From contig JAFTYF010000025.1 in assembly GCA_017461395.1 (NCBI GenBank), positions 13,713 to 77,712 of the forward strand: DNA of 64,000 nt, written 5' to 3'. The notes under the pieces are model-generated. The model was not told the origin of the DNA, did no database searches, and saw only the letters and a list, made by a program, of their open reading frames with translations. Position 1 is the first letter of the stretch; each line of letters opens with the position of its first letter. This document shows positions 41,976-53,205 of this stretch, piece by piece. Both the position numbers and the translations under genes were made by a program. Source of the stretch: Ruminococcus sp. (lineage in GTDB: Bacteria; Bacillota; Clostridia; Oscillospirales; Ruminococcaceae).

Positions 41976-44285
41976 ATGAACAGAGAAACCGTTCTCAGAT
42001 ATACTTCACCGGCAGAGGATTTCAACAGCGCTCTTCCCGTCGGAAATGGCAGAATAGGCGGAATGATATTCGGCGGTGCTGCTGACGAGCTTATCCGTCT
42101 TAATGAGGATTCATTCTGGTCAGGAAGTCTGCGCCACAGGATAAATCCTGATTCTGCGGAAGGTCTTGAAGAAGTCCGTGCTCTCCTTAAAGAGGGAAAT
42201 ATTCCCGAAGCCGAAAAAATCTCCTTTGAGAAGCTGCAGGGCGTAACTCCCGAAATGCGCCGCTATCTGCCTCTCGGCGATCTCAGACTGCATATGGAAT
42301 TGTCCGGCAGACCAAAGGATTACCGCCGCAGTCTTGATCTTGAAAGCGCCTGCGCAGAGGTGAGCTTCAGTGCAGACGGTCTGAACGTCGAAAGATCGGT
42401 TTTTGTTTCTGCTCCTGACAATGTAATGGTTGTAAAAATTGCCGCTGACTCCCCTGCTTCCGTGAGCATTGAGTGCTCCATTGAGGGACGTGACGACAAC
42501 TACGACGATAACCGCCCGTGCGGTGAGAATATGCTCCTTTATACCGGCGGAAATACCGGTGTATCGTTTGCTGCAGTTCTCGGCGCAAAGGCTTCGGGAG
42601 GAACCGTCAGAACAGTCGGCGGAAAAATATCTGTAAAAAATGCCGATGAGGTAATGCTGATTCTTTCCGTGAGAACAAGCTTCTACGGCAAGCATTATAC
42701 AGAATCCGCCGAGGTCGATGCGGAAATGGCTCTGCAGTGCGAATGGGATGAACTTTACTACCGCCATGTGTGCGATTACCGTGAGCTTTTCGACCGTACT
42801 TCCCTTGAACTCAACGACAACAGCGACGCTCATGTCGGCGATATGACCACGAACGGGCGCCTTGAACGTCTCAGAGGAAACGAGCTTGACAGCAGGGAAT
42901 GTCAGCGCCTTATCCACGACAACAAGCTGATAGAGCTTTACTTCAACTACGGCAGATATCTGATGATATCGGCAAGCCGTACCGGAACTCAGCCGATGAA
43001 CCTTCAGGGAATATGGAACGATGATATGCACCCTATCTGGGGAAGCAGATATACCGTGAACGTCAATACACAGATGAATTACTGGTGCGCTGAAAGCTGT
43101 AATCTGCCGGAATGTCATCTTCCTCTGTTTGACCTTGCCGAGCGTGTCTGCGAAAACGGCAGGATAACGGCAAAGGAAATGTACGGCGTACCAAAGGGCT
43201 TCGTATGCCACCACAATACCGATATATGGGGCGATACTGCGCCGGCTGATCTCTGGATGCCGGCTACGGTATGGCCTATGGGCGGAGCATGGCTTGCACT
43301 GCATATTTTCGAGCACTATGAATATACTCTTGACAGGGAGTTTCTCGAAGAAAAGTACCACATCCTCAGAGAAGCGGCGGAATTTTTCACCGGATATCTC
43401 ATGGAGGACGACAAGGGACGTCTTGTAACGTGTCCGTCTGTTTCGCCGGAGAACACATACCTCACCGACAAGGGCATCAAGGGAAGTCTCTGCATGGGGC
43501 CGTCAATGGATTCGCAGATAATTACGGTACTTTTCAACGATGTTATCAAGGCTGCCGGAATTCTTGAACGTGATTCTGCTCTTGTGAAGAAGCTTAAGGC
43601 AATGCTGGAAAAGATACCGCAGCCGCAGATCGGAAAATACGGTCAGATTCAGGAATGGGCTGAGGATTACGACGAGGTAGAGCCGGGACACAGACACGTT
43701 TCGCAGCTTTTTGCACTTCATCCGGCAGATATGATAACTCCGCACAGCACTCCCAAGCTTGCCGACGCCGCAAGAGCTACGCTGATAAGACGTCTTATCC
43801 ACGGCGGAGGACACATGGGCTGGAGCTGCGCATGGATAGCCAATATGTGGGCAAGGCTCTACGACGGCAGAATGGTTTACGAGAATATCAAGCAGCTTCT
43901 TGTGAATTACACCAATCCAAACCTGCTGAATACGCATCCGCCGTTCCAGATCGACGGAAATTTCGGCGGTGTTTCAGCAATAACAGAGGCACTTCTCCAG
44001 AGCTGCTGCGGCGAGATAAATCTTCTTCCGGCGCTTCCTGACGAGTGGAGCAGCGGAAGCGTAAGCGGACTCCGTGCAAAGGGCGGTTTCGGCGTATCAA
44101 TGGAGTGGAAGGACGGAAAGCTGAGTTCTGCCGAAATAACTTCTGATTTCGGCGGAGAATGTCGTCTGCGTGCAAACTGCGTCGTGAGCATACTCTGCGA
44201 CGGCGAAAGCGTCGGTTCAAAGATAGAAAACGGCGTGGTCATCTTCGATACCGCTGCCGGAAGCACATACACTGTTAAAACTTGA
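41976..44285 (+). CDS. Glycoside hydrolase family 95 (alpha-L-fucosidase/galactosidase)
   Basis: ALPVGNGRIG, NLQGIWN, NVNTQMNYW, SPEN, GHRHVSQL, PPFQIDGNFG. Confidence 0.92.
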   Translation: MNRETVLRYTSPAEDFNSALPVGNGRIGGMIFGGAADELIRLNEDSFWSGSLRHRINPDSAEGLEEVRALLKEGNIPEAEKISFEKLQGVTPEMRRYLPLGDLRLHMELSGRPKDYRRSLDLESACAEVSFSADGLNVERSVFVSAPDNVMVVKIAADSPASVSIECSIEGRDDNYDDNRPCGENMLLYTGGNTGVSFAAVLGAKASGGTVRTVGGKISVKNADEVMLILSVRTSFYGKHYTESAEVDAEMALQCEWDELYYRHVCDYRELFDRTSLELNDNSDAHVGDMTTNGRLERLRGNELDSRECQRLIHDNKLIELYFNYGRYLMISASRTGTQPMNLQGIWNDDMHPIWGSRYTVNVNTQMNYWCAESCNLPECHLPLFDLAERVCENGRITAKEMYGVPKGFVCHHNTDIWGDTAPADLWMPATVWPMGGAWLALHIFEHYEYTLDREFLEEKYHILREAAEFFTGYLMEDDKGRLVTCPSVSPENTYLTDKGIKGSLCMGPSMDSQIITVLFNDVIKAAGILERDSALVKKLKAMLEKIPQPQIGKYGQIQEWAEDYDEVEPGHRHVSQLFALHPADMITPHSTPKLADAARATLIRRLIHGGGHMGWSCAWIANMWARLYDGRMVYENIKQLLVNYTNPNLLNTHPPFQIDGNFGGVSAITEALLQSCCGEINLLPALPDEWSSGSVSGLRAKGGFGVSMEWKDGKLSSAEITSDFGGECRLRANCVVSILCDGESVGSKIENGVVIFDTAAGSTYTVKT

Positions 44286-44295
44286 GGAAAATCAG

Positions 44296-46044
44296 ATGAA
44301 TATAAAGAAATATGCGGCATTTGCGGCGGCACTGATCATGACATCATCCGTCTGCGGATGCAGCAAAAAGAAAAAAGAATCCGGTACATCCGGCAATGCT
44401 CCGGTGTCCGTTGTCGAGGTTGAAACCACAACGGAAGCTCCTACTCAGCCGCCGACTGAGGTCGAAACTTTTCCGGACTATCCCGTTGCTGTTCCGGAGA
44501 TAAAAAAGCAGGATACAGGAGACTTCTACGAGGCGGAAAATGCCGATTTCCCGAAGGCTCTCAGGGTTGAGAGCAAAAAGGATAATTTCAGCGGCGAGGG
44601 CTATCTCACGGGATTTCCCACCGGCGGCGGAATTTCTGCCGTGTTTAAGGTGACTGCTCCGAGCAATCAGCACTACGATCTTTCGTTCAACATAGCGTCG
44701 GAAAAGGAAACGGAATGCAGGATTTCCCTTAACGGAAAACAGCTTACGACGTTCAAGACCGTAAAGGGCGGAAAATTCAATCAGATAACCGTTCACGGCG
44801 TATTTCTCACAAAGGGCGAATCGGAAATATCAATTTCGCCCGTCAAGGGAAATATCTGCCTTGACTATCTCAAACTGACCGACAGCGCAACTCTCGGCGA
44901 TATAAGCTACGAAGCGGACGGCGGAACTTCCAACGAAAACGCCGGAGAAGCCGCACAGGAGCTTATGGATGTTATTTCCGGCTGTTACGGAAAATATATC
45001 ATCACCGGACAGTATGCCGCAGATAACGACAACTCAGAGCTTGACCTCATCTACAGAACAACGGGAAAATACCCTGTAATTCGCTGTTCAAACCTTTCCG
45101 TTGCAAGAGGTTCATACGACGACAGCTACAAGGAAATCGAAGCCTGTGCCGACTGGTACAGAAACGGCGGAATTCCGTGCGTAAGCTGGTACTGGAACGC
45201 TCCGGCAGAAAAAAGCTCGTTCAGGACAGAGGAAACTGATTTCAGCCTTGCCGCCGCAATGACGGAGCTTGATATAGCAATGCTCACTCAGGAGGAGATA
45301 AGAGGACTTTACGGCGAGGGAAACATTTCCGGTGAATGTTACAGCCTTATCCTCGATATCGACAGCATGGCAGGACAGCTTACATCCCTGAAAAACAAGG
45401 GAATTCCCGTGCTCTGGAGACCTCTCCCCGAAGGCAGCGGCGACTGGTACTGGTGGGGAGCGTCCGGCGCAGAAGCCTATAAATGGCTGTGGAATCTCCT
45501 TTATACAAGACTTACAGACTACTTTGAGCTTGATAATCTAATATGGATATGGAACGGTCAGAGCGAGAGCACTCTCGTGGACGAATCCACATTCGACATA
45601 GCCGCCGTTGATATCTACCACAGCGGCGAAAAGGACTACGGCAGCAGCTACTATGAAAATTTTGCGGCTGTTCAGAAATTCGCCGGCAGCAAAAAGCCGA
45701 TAGCTCTCAGCGAATGCGGAAGTGTTCCCGACGTTGACAGCTCCTACAGAGACAACGCATTGTGGTCGTTCTTCGGACTTTGGTTCGGTGAATATATCGA
45801 GGACGAAAACGGCGAATATTCGGAGAAATATACAAGCTGTGAAAATCTTATAAAGACATACAACTCCGAGGGTGCGCTCACTCTGGATGAATTTACAGCG
45901 CTCAGGGGTGAGAAGGAAATTCCGGAGATAACCGTACAGACGGAAAAAGCTTCGGAGCAGGCTTCTGCAGAGGTGGAAACCTCATCAGCAGCGGAAATTA
46001 CCTCACAGGAGGAAATTACATCACAGACGGAAACGGAGGAATGA
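44296..46044 (+). CDS. Lipoprotein with CBM35-like module and GH26 (beta-mannanase-like) domain
   Basis: Lipobox VCG-C, YEAE..GEGY module, WRPLPE..WYWWG acid/base region, ALSECG nucleophile. Confidence 0.8.
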   Translation: MNIKKYAAFAAALIMTSSVCGCSKKKKESGTSGNAPVSVVEVETTTEAPTQPPTEVETFPDYPVAVPEIKKQDTGDFYEAENADFPKALRVESKKDNFSGEGYLTGFPTGGGISAVFKVTAPSNQHYDLSFNIASEKETECRISLNGKQLTTFKTVKGGKFNQITVHGVFLTKGESEISISPVKGNICLDYLKLTDSATLGDISYEADGGTSNENAGEAAQELMDVISGCYGKYIITGQYAADNDNSELDLIYRTTGKYPVIRCSNLSVARGSYDDSYKEIEACADWYRNGGIPCVSWYWNAPAEKSSFRTEETDFSLAAAMTELDIAMLTQEEIRGLYGEGNISGECYSLILDIDSMAGQLTSLKNKGIPVLWRPLPEGSGDWYWWGASGAEAYKWLWNLLYTRLTDYFELDNLIWIWNGQSESTLVDESTFDIAAVDIYHSGEKDYGSSYYENFAAVQKFAGSKKPIALSECGSVPDVDSSYRDNALWSFFGLWFGEYIEDENGEYSEKYTSCENLIKTYNSEGALTLDEFTALRGEKEIPEITVQTEKASEQASAEVETSSAAEITSQEEITSQTETEE

Positions 46045-46047
46045 TAT

Positions 46048-47361
46048 ATGTACAGCGACAACAGTCTGAAGCGTCAGCTTTCTGCGGAACAGACGGCTAT
46101 ACTGGACAAAATGCTTGTCGAGCTGCGCAGTACACGTCATAAAGCGGTGAGCTTCCGTATGCAGGACGTTCTCGTTATGACGCCGTTTTCTGAGGAATGT
46201 GACCTGTTCCTATTTATGGAGGACGATTATGCTCCGTATAAAACGGGCAAGAAATCATTCACAGAGCTTCGCCTTGCGGCTTATGAGGCGGCACTCAAAA
46301 AATGCGAGGTATATCCCCGTGTGACGCTTGAGCTTATCTATGATATCTTCGCAAAGCTCAGCGGAATAAGTCCTGCCGGCAAGGAACAGCTTATGCGCCG
46401 TGAATGTGAGCTTATCGAGTATTTTTCGTTTCCGAGAGAGTGCGGAAAAACGCTTTTCCGAGAAGCCAAATCCTGCAAAAAACGGACGATAATTTTCTCT
46501 GAGTCGGTATATCCGGCTGATGTCGTGAGGAATATCCTCGAAAAGTGCGGATATGGCTCGTATGACGGTCTGGTGATAGTTTCTGAAATAAAAAAATGTA
46601 CCGCCGAAAGCTGGTACGAAGCCGTTCTTTCAAAGGCGGGAGTATCGGCGGATAAGCTTCTCCACATCGGAAGCAATGTTGCATTTGACATTGAGCTTCC
46701 TATTGTTAAGGGCTCGAAGGCTCTGCTTCTGGCTCCGGCAATGCAGCTTATGGAAAAATCCGGCAGAATTCTCGGATATATCCGCAAAAAACACCTCTAT
46801 GACTATGATACGGCAAAATATCTCACGCTTCACTGCGTTTTAGGACTTTATGCATCATACGGCTTTGATTTTCCGCATAACAGAGAGGCTCTCAGTGATT
46901 TCTGCGGCGACGGTTGTCTGATAGGCTTCCTCGGAGCAGGAGCAGCCTCGCTTGACGGGAAAATTCCGGCAAAAAGCGGAAAAATGCGTCCGCTTATCGC
47001 TGACGCTCTCAAACGTGACGAGAAATTCCTTGACGGACTTGACGACTTCCGCACAATGCTTGAGGAGCACTTCGGAAGCAATCTTGAAAAATACGGCACT
47101 GAGGGCTGCGGCGGATTTCTTGATTTTCTTGAGGAATGCTGCGCTTCTGCCGACAGAGAGCTTTTTGTACCTTATATTTCGACAGCGGCTCTGAAAAAAT
47201 GGGCTTCTTCCGTAAAAGAACCGGAGATAGTACCTTTTTCCGGCAAAGAACATAAGGAAAACGCTCTTAACCGCCTTGCCGACAAGATGTTTCCTCCTGG
47301 AACAAGAGTCCGCAATATAACAGAAGGAATCCTTGCAAAAGGTCATAAAAAGCGCAGATAA
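46048..47361 (+). CDS. Degenerate HAD-superfamily hydrolase-like protein
   Basis: KAVSFRMQDVL (motif I remnant), LHIGSN (motif IV remnant). Confidence 0.5.
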   Translation: MYSDNSLKRQLSAEQTAILDKMLVELRSTRHKAVSFRMQDVLVMTPFSEECDLFLFMEDDYAPYKTGKKSFTELRLAAYEAALKKCEVYPRVTLELIYDIFAKLSGISPAGKEQLMRRECELIEYFSFPRECGKTLFREAKSCKKRTIIFSESVYPADVVRNILEKCGYGSYDGLVIVSEIKKCTAESWYEAVLSKAGVSADKLLHIGSNVAFDIELPIVKGSKALLLAPAMQLMEKSGRILGYIRKKHLYDYDTAKYLTLHCVLGLYASYGFDFPHNREALSDFCGDGCLIGFLGAGAASLDGKIPAKSGKMRPLIADALKRDEKFLDGLDDFRTMLEEHFGSNLEKYGTEGCGGFLDFLEECCASADRELFVPYISTAALKKWASSVKEPEIVPFSGKEHKENALNRLADKMFPPGTRVRNITEGILAKGHKKRR

Positions 47362-47547
47362 CTCACGATTTTATCTTTTTGTACAATTTATGGATCAGCC
47401 TTGATTTTTCCCCAGAAAATCGCTGAACATAAGCCTTTATGATAAAATAATCCGTTGCACCGCCAATGTTACATATGATATGATAATAACAGGACAGAAA
47501 AACGCAATTCTGGCACAATATATGTATAACATGGAGGTCAAAAAATA

Positions 47548-48324
47548 ATGAACGGTAAAGTAAAGGTACTTATCGGCGATGATTCAGCCGAAACAGGAGT
47601 AAGCACGGCAAATAAGCTTCGTGAAAGAGGAATGTACGCTTACACAAGACGAAAGGACTGCGGTATCATCCTTGAATCTATCAAAAAGGATCCGCCTGAT
47701 GTTGCTGTGCTCGATATAAGCGCACAGAACGGCGATGTTGTGACTATAATGAAAAGAGTGAGAGAGCTAGGCGTGAAGTTTCCCGTATTCATCATCACAT
47801 CATCCTGCGACAACGAATTCATCGAAAGACAAGTCATGGACAACGGCGCTTCAAAGTTTCTGCTGAAGCCATACGACGCCGATGATCTCTGCGCCGCTAT
47901 AAATTCAGCTCTCGGCGACAAGGTCAGCAGTCTCAGCGACGACATGGAGCTTGTTGTCACGGATATAATACATCAGCTCGGCGTTCCGGCGCATATCAAG
48001 GGATATCACTACCTGAGAACGGCTATACTCTATTCTATCGAAAACAAATCGCTTCTTGACAGCGTCACCAAGCTTCTTTACCCTACCGTTGCGGAGATAT
48101 ATGAAACCACTTCCTCCCGTGTGGAGCGTGCTATCCGCCACGCTATTGAAATCGCATGGGACAGAGGAAATGTAGATACACTCAATTCCTTTTTCGGATA
48201 TACAGTCGATACCGGAAAAGGCAAGCCAACAAACTCTGAATTCATCGCTCTTATCACCGATAAACTGCGTCTGCGCTATAAATCAGCTCTGAGACAGAAT
48301 TATGAATTCAAGGTGAAAAGTTAA
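47548..48324 (+). CDS. spo0A: Sporulation master regulator Spo0A
   Basis: Receiver domain, then [37 protein letters not shown]. Confidence 0.95.
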   Translation: MNGKVKVLIGDDSAETGVSTANKLRERGMYAYTRRKDCGIILESIKKDPPDVAVLDISAQNGDVVTIMKRVRELGVKFPVFIITSSCDNEFIERQVMDNGASKFLLKPYDADDLCAAINSALGDKVSSLSDDMELVVTDIIHQLGVPAHIKGYHYLRTAILYSIENKSLLDSVTKLLYPTVAEIYETTSSRVERAIRHAIEIAWDRGNVDTLNSFFGYTVDTGKGKPTNSEFIALITDKLRLRYKSALRQNYEFKVKS

Positions 48325-48349
48325 CATTACAGGAGATAATAGTTACTGT

Positions 48350-48593
48350 CAGTATGTCGATAAATTATAAAAACAAACAATAGTGGGTTTCCAAAGGGTT
48401 GATAACCCTTTGGCGGAGTCCAGAGGCAGCGCCTCTGGTGGGGTGCGGGGTGAAACCCTGCTGTTGCCTTAGAAGCGCTTCGCAAGGGGTGAATTTCAAA
48501 ACAGTCCGGTGGACTGTTTTGAAAGAGGGGACGCCTTGCAAGTGAAGGCGTCCCCTACAAAACTGCCTTGCTTGTAACTTTTTCGACAATCTG
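48350..48593. mobile_element. MITE copy 1 (244 bp)
   Basis: 15-bp imperfect TIRs cagtatgtcgataaa / tttttcgacaatctg; 21-bp flanking direct repeats; homologous to 52903-53205; no coding capacity. Confidence 0.75.
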
Positions 48594-48635
48594 ACAGGAG
48601 ACATAAGCTCCTGTATATTAAAGGAGGAAAATCTT

Positions 48636-49142
48636 ATGTCATTCAGAAAAATCGAACTCAGCGAATTACAGTTCAATCCGTTCACAAAAATAGGAAAGGA
48701 ATGGATGCTCATTACAGGCGGAAATATGGACAGCTTCAACACAATGACAGCTTCATGGGGACAGCTTGGCGTACTCTGGAACAAAAATGTTCTCACCTGC
48801 TATATCCGCCCGAACCGCTACACATACGAATTTGTAGAAAAGGGAGACAGCTTTGCTGTTTCGTTCCTCGGCGAGCAGTTCCGCAGTGCGCTTTCATTCT
48901 GCGGTTCACATTCCGGCAGAGACTGCGACAAGATAAAGGAAACAGGTCTTACTCCCGTAGAAGCTGACGGCTGTGTGGCTTTCGATGAGGCTGATCTCGT
49001 GCTTGTATGCCGCAAGCTCTACAGCTACGACATGGAGGAAAAGGGCTTCCTCACAGACGACGGAATTCCGGCGCAGTTCTTCGGAACAGATCCTTACCAC
49101 AGAGCATATATCTGTGAGATCACCGCAGCATACTGCAAGTAA
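48636..49142 (+). CDS. Flavin reductase-like protein
   Basis: KEWMLITGG..NTMTASWG, FCGSHSGRDCDK, DPYHRAY. Confidence 0.85.
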   Translation: MSFRKIELSELQFNPFTKIGKEWMLITGGNMDSFNTMTASWGQLGVLWNKNVLTCYIRPNRYTYEFVEKGDSFAVSFLGEQFRSALSFCGSHSGRDCDKIKETGLTPVEADGCVAFDEADLVLVCRKLYSYDMEEKGFLTDDGIPAQFFGTDPYHRAYICEITAAYCK

Positions 49143-49147
49143 TATAC

Positions 49148-49187
49148 AAGCCTGTCTGCATAGAAGATATGCCGGCAGGCTTTGTTT
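49148..49187 (+). terminator. Probable intrinsic terminator
   Basis: aagcctg..gcata/tatgc..caggctt hairpin followed by tgttt. Confidence 0.55.
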
Positions 49188-49262
49188 GCATCATGAGAGA
49201 AGAAAAAATTGTGCATATTGCCGGAAAAATCCAAAAAAACTTGTAAATTCCACCCGAATCTA

Positions 49263-49291
49263 TTGACATAATATCGGCTGTTTGTTATAAT
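49263..49291 (+). promoter_or_regulatory. Consensus sigma-A promoter of the polysaccharide operon
   Basis: TTGACA-17 bp-TATAAT with TG extension. Confidence 0.85.
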
Positions 49292-49374
49292 TATGTTGTA
49301 TGCTTACAGGAGTGTAAGCTGAATATATAAATAAAAAAGGAGATAACATTCTGAACGTGTTATCGTGAAAAATT

Positions 49375-50751
49375 ATGAACAGTAAAAGAGACAGATACAA
49401 AAGATTTATCTCTTTCGGCGCTGCAATCGTACTTCTTGGTATTCTTACGGGAATTTTCGCCTATACATGGTACAGATATTACAGCGAAGCGATAGTTCTG
49501 CCCTACTATCGGCGCGGAAACTGGGTGCTTATCGGTATCTATGGTCTGCTGACCGTCCTTTTCTTCAAGGCTTACGGCGGCTTTAAGCTGGGATATCTCA
49601 AAAAAACGGATATGCTTTTCTCACAGCTTATCTCAATGGCGTGCGTCAATATCGTGACGTATTTCCTTATAAGCCTTATCGGACGGCGCTTCATGGACGG
49701 AATTCCGGTCGTTCTCATGACGTTTACGGATTTCGGCGTGATATCGCTGTGGACGATATTTACGGGAAAGCTTTATTTCCTCATGTATCCCCCGCGGCGG
49801 CTGATAATCCTCTACGGAAGCAGTCAGGCGGCATCGCTCGTTATGAAAATGAGCCAGCGTGTGGACAAGTATATGATTTGCGAATCAGTCAGCGCAGATG
49901 AAGACCCCGACAGAATAAGAGAGCTGCTCCTGAAATATGAGGGCGTTATTATATGCGATATCCCTGCCGAACAGAGAAATGACTATATCAAATTCTGCTT
50001 TGATAATTCCCTCAGAGCGTATATTGCTCCTAAAATTTCCGATATTATTATAAGAGGCGCTGATGATATCCGCCTTTTTGATACGCCGCTTCTGCTGTGC
50101 CGCAACTACGGCCTTGACTTTGAGGAGCGCTTCATCAAGAGGATATTCGATATCGTATTCTCTCTTATTGCGATAATTCCGGCACTTCCGTTTATGGTGA
50201 TATCGGCGCTTGCCGTGAAGCTATACGACGGCGGCCCTGTTTTCTACAAGCAGAAGCGCCTTACGATAGACGGAAAGGAATTCTATGTGTATAAGTTCCG
50301 GAGCATGATAGTTGACGCCGAAAAGGACGGCAGACCTCAGCTTGCTTCTGAGGAGGATGACAGAATTACTCCGGTGGGAAAAATTCTGCGTAAATTCCGT
50401 ATCGACGAGTTACCGCAGCTTCTGAATATCCTGAAGGGTGATATGTCAGTTGTAGGTCCTCGTCCGGAACGTCCGGAGCTTACCGAGGAATACAAGAAGC
50501 AGATGCCGGAATTTGAATTCCGCCTTAAAGTAAAAGCCGGACTTACAGGCTATGCGCAGGTAACGGGAGTGTATGATACAACTCCGTATGACAAGCTGAA
50601 AATGGATCTGATGTATATTGAGAATTACTCAATACGGCTCGATCTTCAGATAATATTAATGACGATAAAAACTATGCTTTTCCCCGGCAAGACAAACGCC
50701 GAAACAGAGGAAGGCATACTGAACACAAGAAAAGAGGATAAGGATAAATGA
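49375..50751 (+). CDS. Polyprenyl glycosylphosphotransferase (priming sugar transferase)
   Basis: Four TM helices, KRIFDI, YKFRSM, DELPQLLNILKGDMSVVGPRP, GLTGYAQV. Confidence 0.92.
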   Translation: MNSKRDRYKRFISFGAAIVLLGILTGIFAYTWYRYYSEAIVLPYYRRGNWVLIGIYGLLTVLFFKAYGGFKLGYLKKTDMLFSQLISMACVNIVTYFLISLIGRRFMDGIPVVLMTFTDFGVISLWTIFTGKLYFLMYPPRRLIILYGSSQAASLVMKMSQRVDKYMICESVSADEDPDRIRELLLKYEGVIICDIPAEQRNDYIKFCFDNSLRAYIAPKISDIIIRGADDIRLFDTPLLLCRNYGLDFEERFIKRIFDIVFSLIAIIPALPFMVISALAVKLYDGGPVFYKQKRLTIDGKEFYVYKFRSMIVDAEKDGRPQLASEEDDRITPVGKILRKFRIDELPQLLNILKGDMSVVGPRPERPELTEEYKKQMPEFEFRLKVKAGLTGYAQVTGVYDTTPYDKLKMDLMYIENYSIRLDLQIILMTIKTMLFPGKTNAETEEGILNTRKEDKDK

Positions 50752-51812
50752 AAATCACAGCAGTTATAATGGCAGGCGGCAGAGGAGAACGCTTCTGGCC
50801 GAAAAGCAGAAATACCTGTCCTAAGCAGTTTCTCTCGCTTACCTCGGACGGCGAGACAATGATTCAGAAAACAGTCAAGCGTCTTAGTCCGCTTGTGGCA
50901 GCAGATGATGTATTTGTTGTTACAAATGCCGCTTACACTGAGCTTGTCAAGGATCAGCTTCCGGAAATTCCGTCTGAAAACATCCTTGCAGAGCCATGCG
51001 CAAGAAATACAGCTCCATGTATCGCATTTGCGGCGGCTGTTATCGGCAGAAAATACGACGACGCTGTTATGATGGTTCTTCCCTCAGATCACCTTATCGG
51101 CTATGAGGATATCTACATTAATACGCTGAAAAAAGCTGTTGCTGTTGCCGAAAAGGACAAGAACCTCGTTACTATCGGAATCACTCCCACATACCCCGAA
51201 ACAGGCTACGGATACATTAATTTCGGCGCTGAAAACGGCGATGCTTATAATGTTGAGCGCTTCGTTGAAAAGCCGGATCTCGCTACAGCTAAAAAGTACC
51301 TTGCTTCCGGAAAATATCTCTGGAACAGCGGTATGTTCGTGTGGAAGATCTCCTCTATCATGGCGAATATCAAGGAATTCATGCCGACAGTTTACGAGGG
51401 CGCTGTTAAAATCGGCGAAAGCTTCGGAACTCCGGCTTATGAAGAAACTCTTGTGAAGGAATTTACTGCATTCCCAAGTGAATCGGTGGATTTCGGCATC
51501 ATGGAAAAGGCTTCAGATATCTACACACTCCCCGGAAGCTTCGGCTGGGACGACGTCGGAAGCTGGCTCGCTGTTGAACGCATCAACGAGACTGACGAAA
51601 ACAAGAACTTCATCAGCGGCGACGTTATCGCTGTTGATTCCGAAAGAACTACGATATGCGGCGGAAAACGTCTTATCGCAGCTATCGGTACTGAGGATCT
51701 CATTATAGTTGATACTGACGATGTACTTCTTGTGTGCTCCAAGAACAATACTCAGGATGTCAAGAAGGTCATCGCACAGCTTAAGGAAACAGGCAGAACA
51801 GATCTTGTGTAA
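50748..51812 (+). CDS. manC: Mannose-1-phosphate guanylyltransferase
   Basis: MAGGRGERFWPKSR, EPCARNTAP, FVEKP, WNSGMF, GWDDVGSW. Confidence 0.9.
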   Translation: MKITAVIMAGGRGERFWPKSRNTCPKQFLSLTSDGETMIQKTVKRLSPLVAADDVFVVTNAAYTELVKDQLPEIPSENILAEPCARNTAPCIAFAAAVIGRKYDDAVMMVLPSDHLIGYEDIYINTLKKAVAVAEKDKNLVTIGITPTYPETGYGYINFGAENGDAYNVERFVEKPDLATAKKYLASGKYLWNSGMFVWKISSIMANIKEFMPTVYEGAVKIGESFGTPAYEETLVKEFTAFPSESVDFGIMEKASDIYTLPGSFGWDDVGSWLAVERINETDENKNFISGDVIAVDSERTTICGGKRLIAAIGTEDLIIVDTDDVLLVCSKNNTQDVKKVIAQLKETGRTDLV

Positions 51813-51821
51813 ATAAATTAA

Positions 51822-52874
<1,053 letters not shown>

Positions 52875-52902
52875 TTTTTACAGGGCGGTCAATGACTGCA
52901 CA

Positions 52903-53205
52903 GAGATTGTTGAAAAATTATATAAACAAATAATTATGGGATTCCAAAGGGTTTATAACCCTTTGGCGGAGTCCAGAGGCAGAGCCTCTGGCAGGGTGTG
53001 GGGTGCGGGTGTCCAGTGGACACCTCTGCGAAGCAGAAGCACCGACCGAACCGACAGGTGAGATTCAGCGTCCCACATTTGCCTTAGAAGCGCTTCGCAA
53101 AGGGTGAATTGAAAAACAGTCCGGTGGACTGTTTTTCAAGAGGGAACGCCTTGCAAGTGAAGGCGTTCCCTTAAAACATCTTGCTTGTATTTTTTCGACA
53201 GACTG
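52903..53205. mobile_element. MITE copy 2 (303 bp)
   Basis: TIRs gagattgttgaaaaa / tttttcgacagactg; 21-bp flanking direct repeats; same internal hairpins as copy 1 plus an extra internal module. Confidence 0.78.

Noticed and set aside
42120-43361. Long antisense ORFs (413 aa here; also 54422-55333, 22418-23065, 4457-5149)
   Set aside because: They are shadows of well-supported genes on the opposite strand and have no motifs of their own
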